Of a DNA stretch of 58,616 nucleotides, positions 35,786 through 49,339 are shown piece after piece. The DNA comes from Octopus bimaculoides (taxonomy: Eukaryota). A model generated the notes under the pieces. It did no database searches, was not told where the DNA came from, and saw only the letters and a list, made by a program, of their open reading frames with translations. The position numbers and the translations under genes were made by a program. How positions within the stretch are numbered: the first letter of the stretch is position 1; each line of letters starts with the position of its first letter. Location of the stretch: the NCBI RefSeq assembly GCF_001194135.2, contig NC_068994.1, forward strand, positions 24,982,443-25,041,058, in the 5' to 3' direction.

Positions 35786-37869
35786 CTGGCCATATTATTA
35801 TTATTGTTGTTGTTGTTGATCTTTTTGTTGTTATTGTTTTTGTTTTGTTGTTCTCCATATGGTGGTGTTTGTGGTAATGCTGCTGCTGATGGGGAAGATG
35901 AGAATGAGGAAAAATAAGAAGTGCCACAACCATGAATTATTGTAAACATAGTTGCGAGAAGAGTAGTATAGCATGCATATAACTTGCTAATGTAAACATG
36001 GAAGCCTCCTCTCTTTTGTTAAGAAATATTTCTCGAACGGTTAGAAAATATCACTGGTTATCTAAACAAAAACACAGTAAATGGTAGCAATAGTTACAAG
36101 CTGTGTATGTCCACTGGGATTAAGGATGACAATGTGAGCAGCCCAAGGAGTAAAATGACTGCCGCACAATTGCCGAAGTAGGAAGTCATCGGCTGTCTAA
36201 AGCCCACAGAAACTCATTCAAAAATATTTGACATATTCAATACTTAAAAAGAGTATGGTGCTCTTGAAATACATTTGGAAATTGAAAAAAAACTAACGGA
36301 TCTTTATAAATATTATATGAACTACTACGCCGTTTAGAAATATGCCAGCCTATCTTATACAAAAATTTATTATCATTCATAACACCCTCTTCATTTACAA
36401 CTGAAGCACTGAATTAATTTCAAACAACTACGAGATACACTGAATTAATTTCAGACAACTACGAGTTGACATCTCCCGTACAAGAAGAAAGGAACATGAC
36501 ATGGGTAACTTTATAGCTTTCAGCTATTATTCTTTAAACGCTTCAACTCTTTGATAAATTCATGAAATCTTTAGGTGTGGAATTGTAATATTTATGATAA
36601 CAATTTCTTCATTTACATGTAGTTGTTTCGTTTAATTCAAAATCTTAAATATATGTGTATGCTTCTGTATGTGTGTGTGTGTATGTATGTATGTATGTAT
36701 GTTTTATGTTTATCTAAGTAGGTATTTGCAAACTGTATGTATTTACAACTTGCAAAACGCTCACTAGAGCTACAGAGATTTCGGCACCTACCACTAATTC
36801 TGATCCTTCCTGCGATGCCAAGCTACATTGGTGGTTCCAGGGAATGTACGGGTTGTTTTGGTTCAGACTGTAGCATATCTTTCCTTTCATCATCTGTGCA
36901 GCCACCACACCAAGCTGGATGCAGTTGTAACCACTAGAGACATGCAGCATCTATTTTATTGTACTACTTGCTTGATATATCTTATTTACCCTCAGCTTTG
37001 GTCATCCGTGACATATGTCTGTCATATACTCCGTCCCTTTCCAGGTCACAAATCACTGTTCTACTAGCCTTCCTATATTCCATGTTAGCTCCGTAGGACT
37101 TAATGAGGGTAGCTACAACATTCCTTTACATTCCATTTACGTGGTTCACAGGATTCTTTAAACCCTTTCTATTTTAGTACTTTCTGTTTTTGAGACCACT
37201 CCTTATAATCTTACCATACTACCGTTAACTCAATAATCAGAACATTTTTGTGAAGTCAGACCTGCTATAAGGTCAGAGCATTGCTTCATTATTGAAGTAT
37301 GAATTAGAGACATGAGTGTTTCCTTCACATCCATTTGTACTTTACAGTCATTACCAGTCAGAAGTCTGGTAAGGAACTTTATTTATACTGCTAATTATTT
37401 GTCTCGCGCTCTGCTTGAGAAAACAATCGAATGCAACTTTATGTCAATTTTCACTGCATTAACACTGTTCCATTGTTATTTTACTGCATCGGTTCCACCA
37501 CCAGACATGCTGCCAGAATAATCTCTAACCTCATACTGATGACAATCAGCTGTCTAGTATTGGTTAGAGATAGATGTACACCACTTTCACGAGGTATCAC
37601 AATCTAACTTTGGTTGCACGCTCCTCATCTTCAATATGGTGTATTTCTTTAATCACCTCTGCTACTCTGGTGAGATATCTATTCGTTCTGTATTTGTTTC
37701 ATCTCTCAACTGCCTCTATCATCTGTTTCATTTCTAAAGTGATGCAGCAGATTTTTGTTTGGTGATATTACAGACAGCTGGAGTTTTACAGTAATACTAG
37801 AGAGCTTTTGTAAAGCATCATAAATGGCCAAGTGGAAACTTGCAAACACACTTTTCCAATTTCACCACA

Positions 37870-38876
37870 ATTGCTAATGGTATTTCATGCTTTTGCAGAT
37901 GCCATAAGAGTAGCGGCATGGAATGATGTACAGAGTACGGCTATGAATGGTATATGGAAGAAGCTATGCCCGCAATTCGTAAATAATTTAAAAGGGTTTG
38001 ATGATATTGCCTTCGATAATGCGTTGGTGACTATGAGCAAAGAACTGGAAATGGATTTGGAGGAAGAAGATTTCACAGATTTATTTGAAAAAGATAAGCA
38101 GCCTCTGACGAACGCGGATTTGATAGAGCTTCACGAGCAGCAAAATAAGGAAGAAGAGGAAGTCGAACCTGAGCCACGTCACTTTACCATTAAGAAGATG
38201 CAGCAAGCATTTGCATATATCGAAAATAGGTCTTTCTATGTTCAAGGATATGGATTCAAATGTCCAACGCTTTTCCAAGATTATGGGGCTTGTCACGAAG
38301 CTTTTGCTCCTTGAGGAAAAGAAGAAGACAGTTCAAGGAACTCTCAACCGGTTTTTTAAGCGCATCGAACAAGAACACCCAAAGTCAGCTGTTGATGTTG
38401 ACGATCCACAGCTATCTCTATCCACGATGTAAACCACCAAATTGTATGTACGCATTTGTAAATTAAAAAATAATTTGTTTTTACTACTACAAAATAATGA
38501 TAATTACTGAATTTGGTTTTTAAGCTGCAAAAGGCTTTTATTTTACCATGTCATATTGCAAACCGCATTCATAAATAAAGCGTTCGCGATGTACGGTAAA
38601 CACCACCAAATTGTATTCGTAAATTTAGATTACTTTTTTCTTACTGTACTGTATTAAAAAATAAAGATTATTTGTTTGTAAGCTTCAAATAGGTTCTTAT
38701 TAACTATGTATTATTGAAAATGAATTCATAAATAAAGCACAGAACTGGGAATGTTTATTATCGGTTTAGCTTAGAGTCAAACAAATTCGGCCTAGCCTAG
38801 CCTAGAGACAAAATTAATTCGACTTAAGTTGAAAAACGACTGGAACCAATTAACGACGTTGGGTGAGGTATGCCTG
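37870..38876 (+). mobile_element. Tigger/pogo-type DNA transposon: transposase C-terminal fragment and right TIR
   Basis: AAWNDVQSTAMNGIWKKLCPQFVNNLKGF...DFTDLFE..QPLTNADLIEL. The terminal GAGGTATGCCTG|TA (38865-38878) is the reverse complement of a Tigger1-like CAGGCATACCTC end and is followed by (TA)n. Confidence 0.8.
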
Positions 38877-39002
38877 TATATNNNNNNNNNNNNNNNNNNN
38901 NNNNNNNNNNNNNNNNNNNNNNNNNNNNNNNNNNNNNNNNNNNNNNNNNNNNNNNNNNNNNNNNNNNNNNNNNNNNNNNNNNNNNNNNNNNNNNNNNNNN
39001 NN

Positions 39003-39046
<44 letters not shown>

Positions 39047-39955
39047 GTGTGTGTGCGTGGGTTTGTGTGTGTGTGTGAGTGTGTGTGTGTGTGTGAGTGT
39101 GTGTGTGTGTGTGTACACGTACAAACACACACACGAATACATGCATATATGTGTGTGCATGAGTGTAGTCACGCATTGCCATGGTTATTTTGCAGCCATA
39201 AGTCACTGGGTTCCATCTCATTGTTAGCATCTCGAGCATGCGTCTTAACCTCTGGCTAAGCAAAATAAGAGAAATGGGATAAACAAAAACTATCAAAGCC
39301 TTTTGTAACACTAATTATGCCTGATATATACGCGCAAATATTACTGTGTGGTTAAGAAGTTCACTTCTCAATCAAATGGTTTCTTGTACGATACCACTGC
39401 AGCTTGGTGTGTGCTTGTGTTATTGCAGTATCTATTTATGTAGTATTAGTTATTGTTAACATGTAGTTAACAATAAATATGCAATAAAATACTGGGGCAG
39501 ATATCAGAAAATAAATTCACAAAGTTGGTGCCCCAGCATGGCCACAGTCTAATAGCTGAAATCAGTAAAATAATAAAAGAATATATATGCTGAAAAAGTT
39601 ATTTTCGTAAACAACTGAAGTGTAACACACACAGGTTTTCATATCGCATGTTCACTCCCTTCAGAAACTCCCCTTTCACACCCCATCCATATTGCATAAC
39701 ATATGTTCACATCTGTACGAAGGGTCATTACTCTAAATTACTGTCTACCAAGCTTTAACAATTTAGTCAAGGTAACATTCTCAACAATGATAGTCTGGCC
39801 CCAATATTAACAAAGGAAGTTTTTTTTTTATAAAAGAAATTGTCAGTCATTTACTTTAATGACTGATTAACTCCACTGAATAAAACGATACGAAAAGGAA
39901 TAAACACAAAGACAACTCAACATTGCAACATACTGATATAGAGACCAGTCTGTCT

Positions 39956-40030
39956 GTCTGCCAGCCTGCCGGTCGGTAGGTCGGTCGCTCGCTCGGTCGG
40001 TCGCTCGCTCGGTCGGTCGCTCGGTCGGTC
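39956..40030. repeat. CpG-rich (CGGT/CGCT)n tetranucleotide tract
   Basis: GGTCGGTCGCTCGCTCGGTCGGTCGCTCGC, seen directly. Confidence 0.9.
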
Positions 40031-40586
40031 TGATCCATGTTATATATATATACATACGCACACGCACATATATATTCATATATATATATATATATATAAT
40101 ATATATATATTTATTAATAAATTATATGTTAATTTTTCAAAATTTATATAGTCTATTGACTGATTTTTATTCTCGCTAGACCACTGGTGGTAAATAAAAT
40201 TTCTAAAATTTTTTTGCTGCCCTATAATTTATTAATAATGATAGAATATTTTTTGGCTAATTTCTGAAAGAAAATCGGCATTTTTGTATTTGCTGCCGAT
40301 AAGGTAAAGCGCACATGCGCGGTAAATTTTGAAAAATTAACATATGAACATAAGCCATCTTTCCTATGACTCGTGTTTATATGTAATCTGGTTATTCCGC
40401 TGAAGATAGTCTGACCTTGTAAGGTATATTTTTATCTTGCTAAAATAACTTGAAACCATGGTACGGAATATAGATTGGTATATGTTTTTATTTTTCATTC
40501 CCTTTCGAAATTATTCCTATTTTTGTGGTATAGAGGTTTTTGCTGCTCTTTCTAGCGGGTCAGATGTCCTATTATAGGCATCTCTG

Positions 40587-40596
40587 TATTTTAAAT

Positions 40597-40628
<32 letters not shown>

Positions 40629-41160
40629 TATATATATATATATACACACATACAAACATATATGTATATATATATATATACACACACACACAAGCACACA
40701 TATATACACACACATATATACACATACATACATATATATACACATACGTACATATATATACAGGTACAAACATATATATATACACACACACATTTTCTGT
40801 TTCCCTCATTCACTATAAATTCAACGAACACTGCGGAGTTCCCGAGTTAGATCCAGTGACATTTATGCCAAAACTGTGAATGACATCAGGTAACCGTATA
40901 CCCAAAGTCCAAATAATTACTTATATCTATCTATTTGTGTATGTGTGCGTACGTGTGTGCGTACGTGTGTGCGTACGTGTGCGTGTAGTGTGTATGTGTG
41001 TGTGTGTGTGTGTATACATACATTCATGCATAAATATATGTGTGCGTGTATGTGTGTGTATACATACATGCATGCATATGTGTGTGTGTGTGTGTGTATC
41101 TGTGTGTGTGTGTGTGTGTATCTGTGTGTGTCTGTGCGTCAGTGCGTGTGTGTGCGTGTA
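40587..41160. repeat. Degenerate (AT)/(AC)/(GT) microsatellite fields
   Basis: Seen directly. They account for the YIYI and CVCV ORFs. Confidence 0.9.
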
Positions 41161-41825
41161 TCTTATCTATAAAAGGCAGATTTTTTTGTGTATGTGTATA
41201 TGTTTAAGATTCATACATTTACACAATTCCAAATTTCTTGGATGAAAGAATCAGAATTAATATTCTAAATACCATAATTTAGGTCAAAGCGTCTTTTTTC
41301 CGTCAAAATAACTCTCAATTACGAATAAAATCCATAAAACTACACAAATTAACATTTTCCCCTCTAATAAAATCTAATTTCCTCTTTCTACTACCTTTAC
41401 AAATCCTTTCAACTACTTTCTCTTATGAACCTTTACGAACGATCCAACAACAAATACAAAAAGAAAGGAAGGAGAAACACTGACAGTAAAAGCAACAAAC
41501 ACAATAGCAATCCTACGTAAATACACCCATATACATACACATGCGTACTTTCCAACACAATTTCTCTGTACAAATCACTTTCACATTGACAGTCAAACAT
41601 TTCATTCAATCACTTCAAAAATGAAACTATTCCACTGTTTCTGTATCAAAACTGAAACAATCACATTTCGATACTGTAATGACAGATACTTTCATTTTAA
41701 TGGTTTCATTTTCATACTGACACTACTATAGTGAAACTATACTCTCACATATATACAGGCATACATACATATATACATACATACATGCATATATATATAC
41801 ATGCACAAATGTATCCATATACATG

Positions 41826-41860
<35 letters not shown>

Positions 41861-41869
41861 TGAGATGTA

Positions 41870-43029
41870 TATGGCTATTGGTGTCAATGTGGCCGGAGAC
41901 NNNNNNNNNNNNNNNNNNNNNNNNNNNNNNNNNNNNNNNNNNNNNNNNNNNNTGATCTGGTGGGACAAAAAGCTGAAAACAACTCTCGAAGAACACTCAA
42001 TAACACTCAAACTATACGGGAGATATGTGGATGACATTAACATCGTAGTCAAAACACCATCAAACATTCAGACTGAAGAGAACGAGAAGATCGTGATGGA
42101 AAACATCCAGAATATAGCTAATACAATACACCAGAGTATCAAGGTAACAATAGATTACCCAACAAGACACCTAAATATCAGACTCCCAGTACTTGACACA
42201 GAACTTTGGCTAGAAACAATTAATGACAAAGTTCAAATCCTCCACTCACATTACATGAAACCTATATCTTCAAAATATGTTATCCATAAGAATTCGGCTC
42301 TATCACACAGTGTGAAAATCAATATATTAATAGCCGATTTGATTAGAATAATGAAAAACATATCCCTCCTGTGCAGTCCATGTGAGGGACAAAAACATAT
42401 TCAAGACTTCATGCATCGCATGCAATTTTCGGGATACAGCCAGAAAGATAGAATCCGGGTATACAGAGGAGCTAACAAGAAATTTGAGGAGATTGTTGTC
42501 AACGATACAAATGGAACACAACCTAGATACCGTAACAAACAGTGGAATAGACTACAAAGGATTAGTGACAAAACAAACAAAAAGACCACGTCGTACAATA
42601 CCGACAAGTTCCAGGGAGTAATGTTTGTGGACGCCATGCCACACGGAGAACTGGCCCGCAGATTTCAAAAATATCCTCAAAAGTACCAAGTTGAGGATAA
42701 ATGTTATAGAAGAACCAGGGAGATCAATTAGATCAATAATATGTAAAACATATCCCTTCAAAAGAACAAGGTGTGTTGAGGAGAGTTGCATTGTGTGCAA
42801 AAATAGTCCTGGTGCCAACTGCAAAGCCAGAAATGTAGTCTACAAAATAAGCTGTATGGATGGTGAGTGTAAAAACAGAAACACGACATACATAGGTGAA
42901 ACGGCAAGAAGTTTGGCTGAGCGTGTAAACGAACATTGGAGGGACTATAATAATCAAAAACAAACCTCGGTGCTCTACCAGCATGCCAAAGAACAACATG
43001 GTGGTGTACTGGACAGAATTAGCATAGAA
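41870..43029 (+). mobile_element. Penelope-like element fragment (RT palm/thumb + GIY-YIG), 3' end in a gap
   Basis: AIGVNVAG; LYGRYVDDINIV; LPVLDTEL; HYMKP; after a frameshift, CKARNVVYKISC...TYIGETARSLAERVNEH. Confidence 0.88.
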
Positions 43030-44838
43030 NNNNNNNNNNNNNNNNNNNNNNNNNNNNNNNNNNNNNNNNNNNNNNNNNNNNNNNNNNNNNNNNNNNNNNN
43101 NNNNNNNNNNNNNNNNNNNNNNNNNNNNNNNNNNNNNNNNNNNNNNNNNNNNNNNNNNNNNNNNNNNNNNNNNNNNNNNNNNNNNNNNNNNNNNNNNNNN
43201 NNNNNNNNNNNNNNNNNNNNNNNNNNNNNNNNNNNNNNNNNNNNNNNNNNNNNNNNNNNNNNNNNNNNNNNNNNNNNNNNNNNNNNNNNNNNNNNNNNNN
43301 NNNNNNNNNNNNNNNNNNNNNNNNNNNNNNNNNNNNNNNNNNNNNNNNNNNNNNNNNNNNNNNNNNNNNNNNNNNNNNNNNNNNNNNNNNNNNNNNNNNN
43401 NNNNNNNNNNNNNNNNNNNNNNNNNNNNNNNNNNNNNNNNNNNNNNNNNNNNNNNNNNNNNNNNNNNNNNNNNNNNNNNNNNNNNNNNNNNNNNNNNNNN
43501 NNNNNNNNNNNNNNNNNNNNNNNNNNNNNNNNNNNNNNNNNNNNNNNNNNNNNNNNNNNNNNNNNNNNNNNNNNNNNNNTATATATACATATATACATAC
43601 ATACAGATATCTATACATATATACACCCATACATACACATACACATGCACACAAACACACACATTAGTAATTTATTTTTTATCCAAAACTACGTCAAAAG
43701 TACTGAATGTATCTTTATGAAATTTGGAAATTATATTCTATGCATAACAGCCATAACCCCCATGAAAATTCAAATATTTTTGATGTTGATGAAATTTTAA
43801 CCATACATATTACACACAAATAAAGTAATATTTCTAAAATTTCTTCTTCTTAGAAGTTACAAAGACCCCTTCATGGGGACTTCACACCCACAATTTAGTC
43901 ATTTTTCCTAAGCAAAGACGAATACAGTTGTACTCTTGGAAGCTATAGGATCACCCGAACATAAAATGAGCATTATTTGTAATTCAACGGTACAACAGTG
44001 TAAGACTATTCTTTCATATATACTTACATTGTGATTTCTGCAATGTGGGGCATAGATTGTCAAGTAAATGAGACGCATCTTTGCCTCCACTGATTCACTT
44101 GCAAAGTGTTGAGTAAAATTATTTCGTTGCAGACCTCCTTTGAGTCTTTTTATTATCACTGGGTCGCACATAGTTCCCAGTTGGTAACAGTGATTCCAAG
44201 GCCTTCCCAGATGAGTGACTGGTTGTTCTAAGACATTTATTGATTGTAAATTTTTTCTGCCCAGTTACCTATCGATATAGTGGTCATTTGCAAACTCCAG
44301 AGGCTACACTTTCATTTCCCTTTACTCCAAACATCACACGTTATTTCAATTGGGTCATTCCCTTCCAATTGCTATAGATCCGTAATGCATCTTACAGCTG
44401 TGCCTGTCACCTGTATGGTGAGGAATCCTACATTGGGGAGTAGTAACGACTAGGCTAGGGTAGCTGACTGATTATCGTGATCATTCGTCTTTTGGTTTCN
44501 NNNNNNNNNNNNNNNNNNNNNNNNNNNNNNNNNNNNNNNNNNNNNNNNNNNNNNNNNNNNNNNNNNNNNNNNNNNNNNNNNNNNNNNNNNNNNNNNNNNN
44601 NNNNNNNNNNNNNNNNNNNNNNNNNNNNNNNNNNNNNNNNNNNNNNNNNNNNNNNNNNNNNNNNNNNNNNNNNNNNNNNNNNNNNNNNNNNNNNNNNNNN
44701 NNNNNNNNNNNNNNNNNNNNNNNNNNNNNNNNNNNNNNNNNNNNNNNNNNNNNNNNNNNNNNNNNNNNNNNNNNNNNNNNNNNNNNNNNNNNNNNNNNNN
44801 NNNNNNNNNNNNNNNNNNNNNNNNNNNNNNNNNNNNNN

Positions 44839-45260
44839 GGGTGTGTAAAGAAGGAAAGAACCCTCATATGCAATTTTGATGAAATTCGAATCATAGGGAT
44901 AAAGATGAGGTCACACGTTATCGAGGCTACCATTCTTTCTGGATGTGGAAAAGGTGATGACGTCTTTATTCCAGGAATTCCTCTTACTCCATCAGGAGCA
45001 GACATTCCTTTTACATTCAGAAGACTGCAATTCCCCCTTCGTGTCACTTTTGACATGTCCATTAACAAATCTCAGGGTCAAACCCTCTCTGTGACTGGTC
45101 TTCACTTGGAAGAGCCCTGCTTCTCACATGGACAACTGTATGTTGGCTGCTCAAGAGTGGGAAGCAAAACAAACGTATTTGCAAATGCTCCACAAGGAAA
45201 ACAAGGGATATTGTTTACAACGAAGTGTTCTAATCACAACAGCAAGAAAGTATGTACATG
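44839..45260 (+). mobile_element. Helitron derivative carrying a helicase C-terminal fragment
   Basis: VIEATILSG..KGDDVFIPGIPLTP; FRRLQFPLRVTFDMSINKSQGQTL; CFSHGQLYVGCSRVG. The first ~55 bp match 45610-45665. Confidence 0.85.
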
Positions 45261-45369
45261 ATCACCTTTTTTTTTTACCAAACTTCATTGACTTTCATGT
45301 ATTTATATTGATATACATGTATATATATATATAGGTATATATATATATAGGTATATATATATATATAGG

Positions 45370-45406
<37 letters not shown>

Positions 45407-45427
45407 TTGGCTGTGTGTGTGTATATA

Positions 45428-45752
45428 TCTATATATAAAGATGATAATGTGTGTCTGTGTGAATCCCTAAAACTCGAGAACTACACAACCAATTTCATTC
45501 CAAATTTACACATGCCTTATTTAGGGTTCATGTAGTGTCTTAGGCCAAAAAAATTTTAACTTCTTGCATAGTTCGAGCCCACAGCAATATCATATCTCCT
45601 TTTTTTAGGGTGTTTAAAGAGGGAAAGAACCCTCATGTGCAATTTTGATGAAATTTGAATCGTAGGTATTCCAGTTCTTTAAAGAAAATATAATAGAAAA
45701 GTCTCATTCTTCAATTGCATGTAACACGGGTAACGCCGGGTATCTCTGCTAG
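45428..45752 (+). mobile_element. Complete 325-bp non-autonomous Helitron
   Basis: A|TCTATATATAAAGATG...ACGGGTAACGCCGGGTATCTCTG-CTAG|T: TC start, GC-rich subterminal hairpin, CTAG end, A|T target and no TSD. Confidence 0.85.
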
Positions 45753-46105
45753 TATTTCTATGAACATACATACACACAACGGGGTTACACTGGACTCTGA
45801 CTTTAGATCGGCTAATAAAGCATTCTGGCACAACACCCACCGCATTTCTGGCATGTGTTTATACCATCTTTTTCTGTTGTTATTCCATAGTGTTGGCATA
45901 GCTTCCAGTGTATATAGGTCCCAGCTCTGTCGTGTCTGTGAATATATTCCTTCTTAGCCAGGACTGGTCAGCCAGAGATAATATGATTTATTGTTTCTTG
46001 TCCATCTCCACATATTCTACAGTTACTTGTTATATTTCTTTTCATTATGTGTTTTTGGTAATTTCTGGTGGGGAGGCTTTGGTCTTGTGCAGCAATTAAA
46101 AATCC

Positions 46106-46106
<1 letters not shown>

Positions 46107-46160
<54 letters not shown>
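46107..46160. repeat. (TTA)n(TCA)n, the tail of the adjacent R4-like LINE
   Basis: Seen directly. Confidence 0.95.
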
Positions 46161-46170
<10 letters not shown>

Positions 46171-47617
46171 CATCATCATTGCCTTTGCGCAGCTTCTAAC
46201 GCTGGAGATGTACTACGGTGTCAGCTGTTCACTACCAGTGAACTAAGGTAACACCTCTTATCTTTCGAGCACCTTCTGGAGTATTCGAGCGCTTCCAAGC
46301 AGTGCTGTTTTTTGCAAGTTCTCCACCTTTATTGCAGCCCCTATTTGTTCCATGTACTTCTTGAGATTTTTGCTCACTGTTCCCAGGGCTCCGACAATTA
46401 TTGGTACCACTACCACCTTTTTCATCAACTGCTCTACCTCCCAAGCTAACCTATCGACTTTTCTTTCTTCCTTATCGCATACCTTGTTATCAGCTGGGCA
46501 TGCTATATCTACGATCCAACTAAGACTGTCTGGCTTTCTATTTTCTATCTCATGGTTGCACTGAATCATAAAATCCCACAGGATCTTTGTATTATCATTT
46601 TCGACGATGCCTTCGGGTTTGTGGTCGTACCAATGTTTTTCTCTGTCCAATGGACAAGCCTTACTATATTGTCGTGGCGTCTCTTACATTCCTTCTGAGC
46701 TAGTGGTGTACATTGGCTAGTAATATACCATACGGTTTCACCGCTTTGTCCACAGATTCTGCACTTATCAATTTCTGTTGAGTTGTCTATTCTGTGTTTT
46801 ATGTAGTTTGTTCTTAGTGCTTGCTCTTGGGCAGCACAGATTAGAGCCTCCGTTTCCAGTTTTAAATCACTTTTAGTCATCCACAGCCATCTTTTTTCTC
46901 TTGTCTTATCTTCAATATTCCTATGAATTCTTTTCTTTACCCACCTACTTTCATTCGTTTTCAATTTCTTGTATAGTGCTTTATCTTTGCAACCTTTCAA
47001 CCTACACAAGCCTAACCTTCTAACTTCTAATAATAGCGGATCTGTGGTATTTTTCACACACCAAGCTATGTTGTTTTCTTCTGCTCTAATACTGTGTTCG
47101 CATCCAATAAGTCCTCTTCCCCCTCTTTTACTTGGTACATATAGTCAGTCTGTGTCACTTTTTGGGTAGAGTGTCCCATATCTAGTTAGCAACCTTCTTG
47201 TATTTCTGTCTAAGCTGTTTAGTTCGTCTACTGTCCATGCAATTACCCCTCCTCCATATCTAAGGAGTGAAACCGCCCAGGTGTTGAAAGCTTCGATCTT
47301 ATTCCGTCCGTTTAATTTCGACTTAAGGATCAGTCTCAGTCTGCACAAGTACTCCATCTTAAATTTTTCTGTCATTTCTTTCTCCATCAATTTATCTATT
47401 TCCGAAATCCACCCCCACCCCCGTCTCTTCTATCTGCTTCATAACCTCCTCCAATGGTATCGATAGCCCGTCCATACATTTGATTTTGCCTGTCTTCAAG
47501 GCTAACAGACCACGCCTTCTCATTTCGAACTCCATTCTGATATCAGCACTGAAAGTATGCACTGTATCTACGAGGGAACTGACTTGGGCTTCACTTTTAC
47601 CATAAAGTTTGAGGTCA
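46161..47617 (-). mobile_element. 5'-truncated R4/Dong-clade LINE
   Basis: DLKLYGK; KLNGRNKIEAFNTWAVSLLRYG; ETEALICAAQEQALRTN; CRICGQSGETVWYITSQC; KILWDF; IVDIACPAD; LQKTALLGSARILQKVL*. Both ends lie in (TAA)n. Confidence 0.9.
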
Positions 47618-47629
47618 CTATTATCATTA

Positions 47630-47683
<54 letters not shown>
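47618..47683. repeat. (TTA)n tract joining two R4-like copies head to tail
   Basis: Seen directly. Confidence 0.95.
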
Positions 47684-47684
<1 letters not shown>

Positions 47685-47689
47685 GTTCT

Positions 47690-48201
47690 TTTTTTTCTTC
47701 TTTCTTCAAATTTTCTTTCATTTCTCGCCGAGCGTTTTCCGTACACCTAGGGCAGAGAAGCTCATGGTATGCATTCCCAGTTTACACACGCAAATTTCAC
47801 ATGTAAAATAAGTATGTAAAAAAAATTAATAAATAGATAAATTCATCAATGGATGTTGTTTTCACAGCGATAATGCTCTTCTCAGTACATGAGTCGTTCC
47901 AGTTAACACGATTTTTTGCAATTCCTGTAGGGATGGTAAGCCTGGTATCATTTTTCAAATAGGTTTCAGTACCTTTTTTTATCATTCCTAGAGATCCTAC
48001 AATCACTGGTACAGTAGTCGCCTTGAGGTGCCAGATTTTTTCAATTTCTATTAGCAAGTCTTTATATTTACTGACCTTGTCAAATTCTTTCGCCGCTATA
48101 TTGTGATCGCAAGGAATACTCATGTCAGTTAATAAACACATCTTTTTTGTCTGATCCTTTATAATAATATCCGGTTTATTAGCTTTTATAGTTTTGTCGG
48201 T
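47690..48201 (-). mobile_element. R4/Dong-clade LINE 3' end (RLE + 3' UTR), 5' part in a gap
   Basis: ANKPDIIIKD...LLTDMSIP.D.NIAAKEFDKVSKYKDLLIEIEKIWH...PVIVGSLG, then UTR and (AAT)n. Confidence 0.85.
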
Positions 48202-49176
48202 NNNNNNNNNNNNNNNNNNNNNNNNNNNNNNNNNNNNNNNNNNNNNNNNNNNNNNNNNNNNNNNNNNNNNNNNNNNNNNNNNNNNNNNNNNNNNNNNNNN
48301 NNNNNNNNNNNNNNNNNNNNNNNNNNNNNNNNNNNNNNNNNNNNNNNNNNNNNNNNNNNNNNNNNNNNNNNNNNNNNNNNNNNNNNNNNNNNNNNNNNNN
48401 NNNNNNNNNNNNNNNNNNNNNNNNNNNNNNNNNNNNNNNNNNNNNNNNNNNNNNNNNNNNNNNNNNNNNNNNNNNNNNNNNNNNNNNNNNNNNNNNNNNN
48501 NNNNNNNNNNNNNNNNNNNNNNNNNNNNNNNNNNNNNNNNNNNNNNNNNNNNNNNNNNNNNNNNNNNNNNNNNNNNNNNNNNNNNNNNNNNNNNNNNNNN
48601 NNNNNNNNNNNNNNNNNNNNNNNNNNNNNNNNNNNNNNNNNNNNNNNNNNNNNNNNNNNNNNNNNNNNNNNNNNNNNNNNNNNNNNNNNNNNNNNNNNNN
48701 NNNNNNNNNNNNNNNNNNNNNNNNNNNNNNNNNNNNNNNNNNNNNNNNNNNNNNNNNNNNNNNNNNNNACACACACACACACACACACAAACATTCACAT
48801 TCCTCACTCTTAAACGCACACACATATACTTACACAGAGTTGAAGCGCTGTTTGATTTTTGTTTCACCGTGGACTTTTCACCATCCCACTTCCATCGGTC
48901 GATCACCCTTTCTCATTCATATATCGTGACGGAGAAATACACAAGACTATTATTATAGTAGATTATTATAGTAGAAGATACACGGCGCTCTATTTGCCAC
49001 TTCCTCTCCCTCATTGCTATTATTTTTCTCTCACTTCCTCTCAGACATGGCTATTACTTTCACTACTTCTCTTTCACCGAATTGCTATTTTCTCCCTTCT
49101 CCCTTCACCATTCACTCTTACTGCGTGATTTTGGACAAATACACACACACACACACACACATATAAGAACACTACG

Positions 49177-49330
<154 letters not shown>

Positions 49331-49339
49331 TTTTTTTTT

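Noticed and set aside
39180-39260. tRNA-like sequence on the minus strand (TAGCCAGAGG...)
   Set aside because: It has an A-box-like start but no intact B-box or cloverleaf. At most it is a decayed SINE head, as are 39335-39420 and 840-900.
40530-40590. Splice-acceptor-like TTTTGCTGCTCTTTCTAG, plus donor-like AG|GTAAGA at ~396 and AG|GTAACC at ~40890
   Set aside because: These are isolated signals with no paired site or recognisable reading frame, so they do not support a host gene call.
41753-41765. TACAGGCATAC as the partner TIR of the Tigger end at 38876
   Set aside because: It is on the wrong side of the element, the match stops before CTC, and it lies inside a (CATA)n field.
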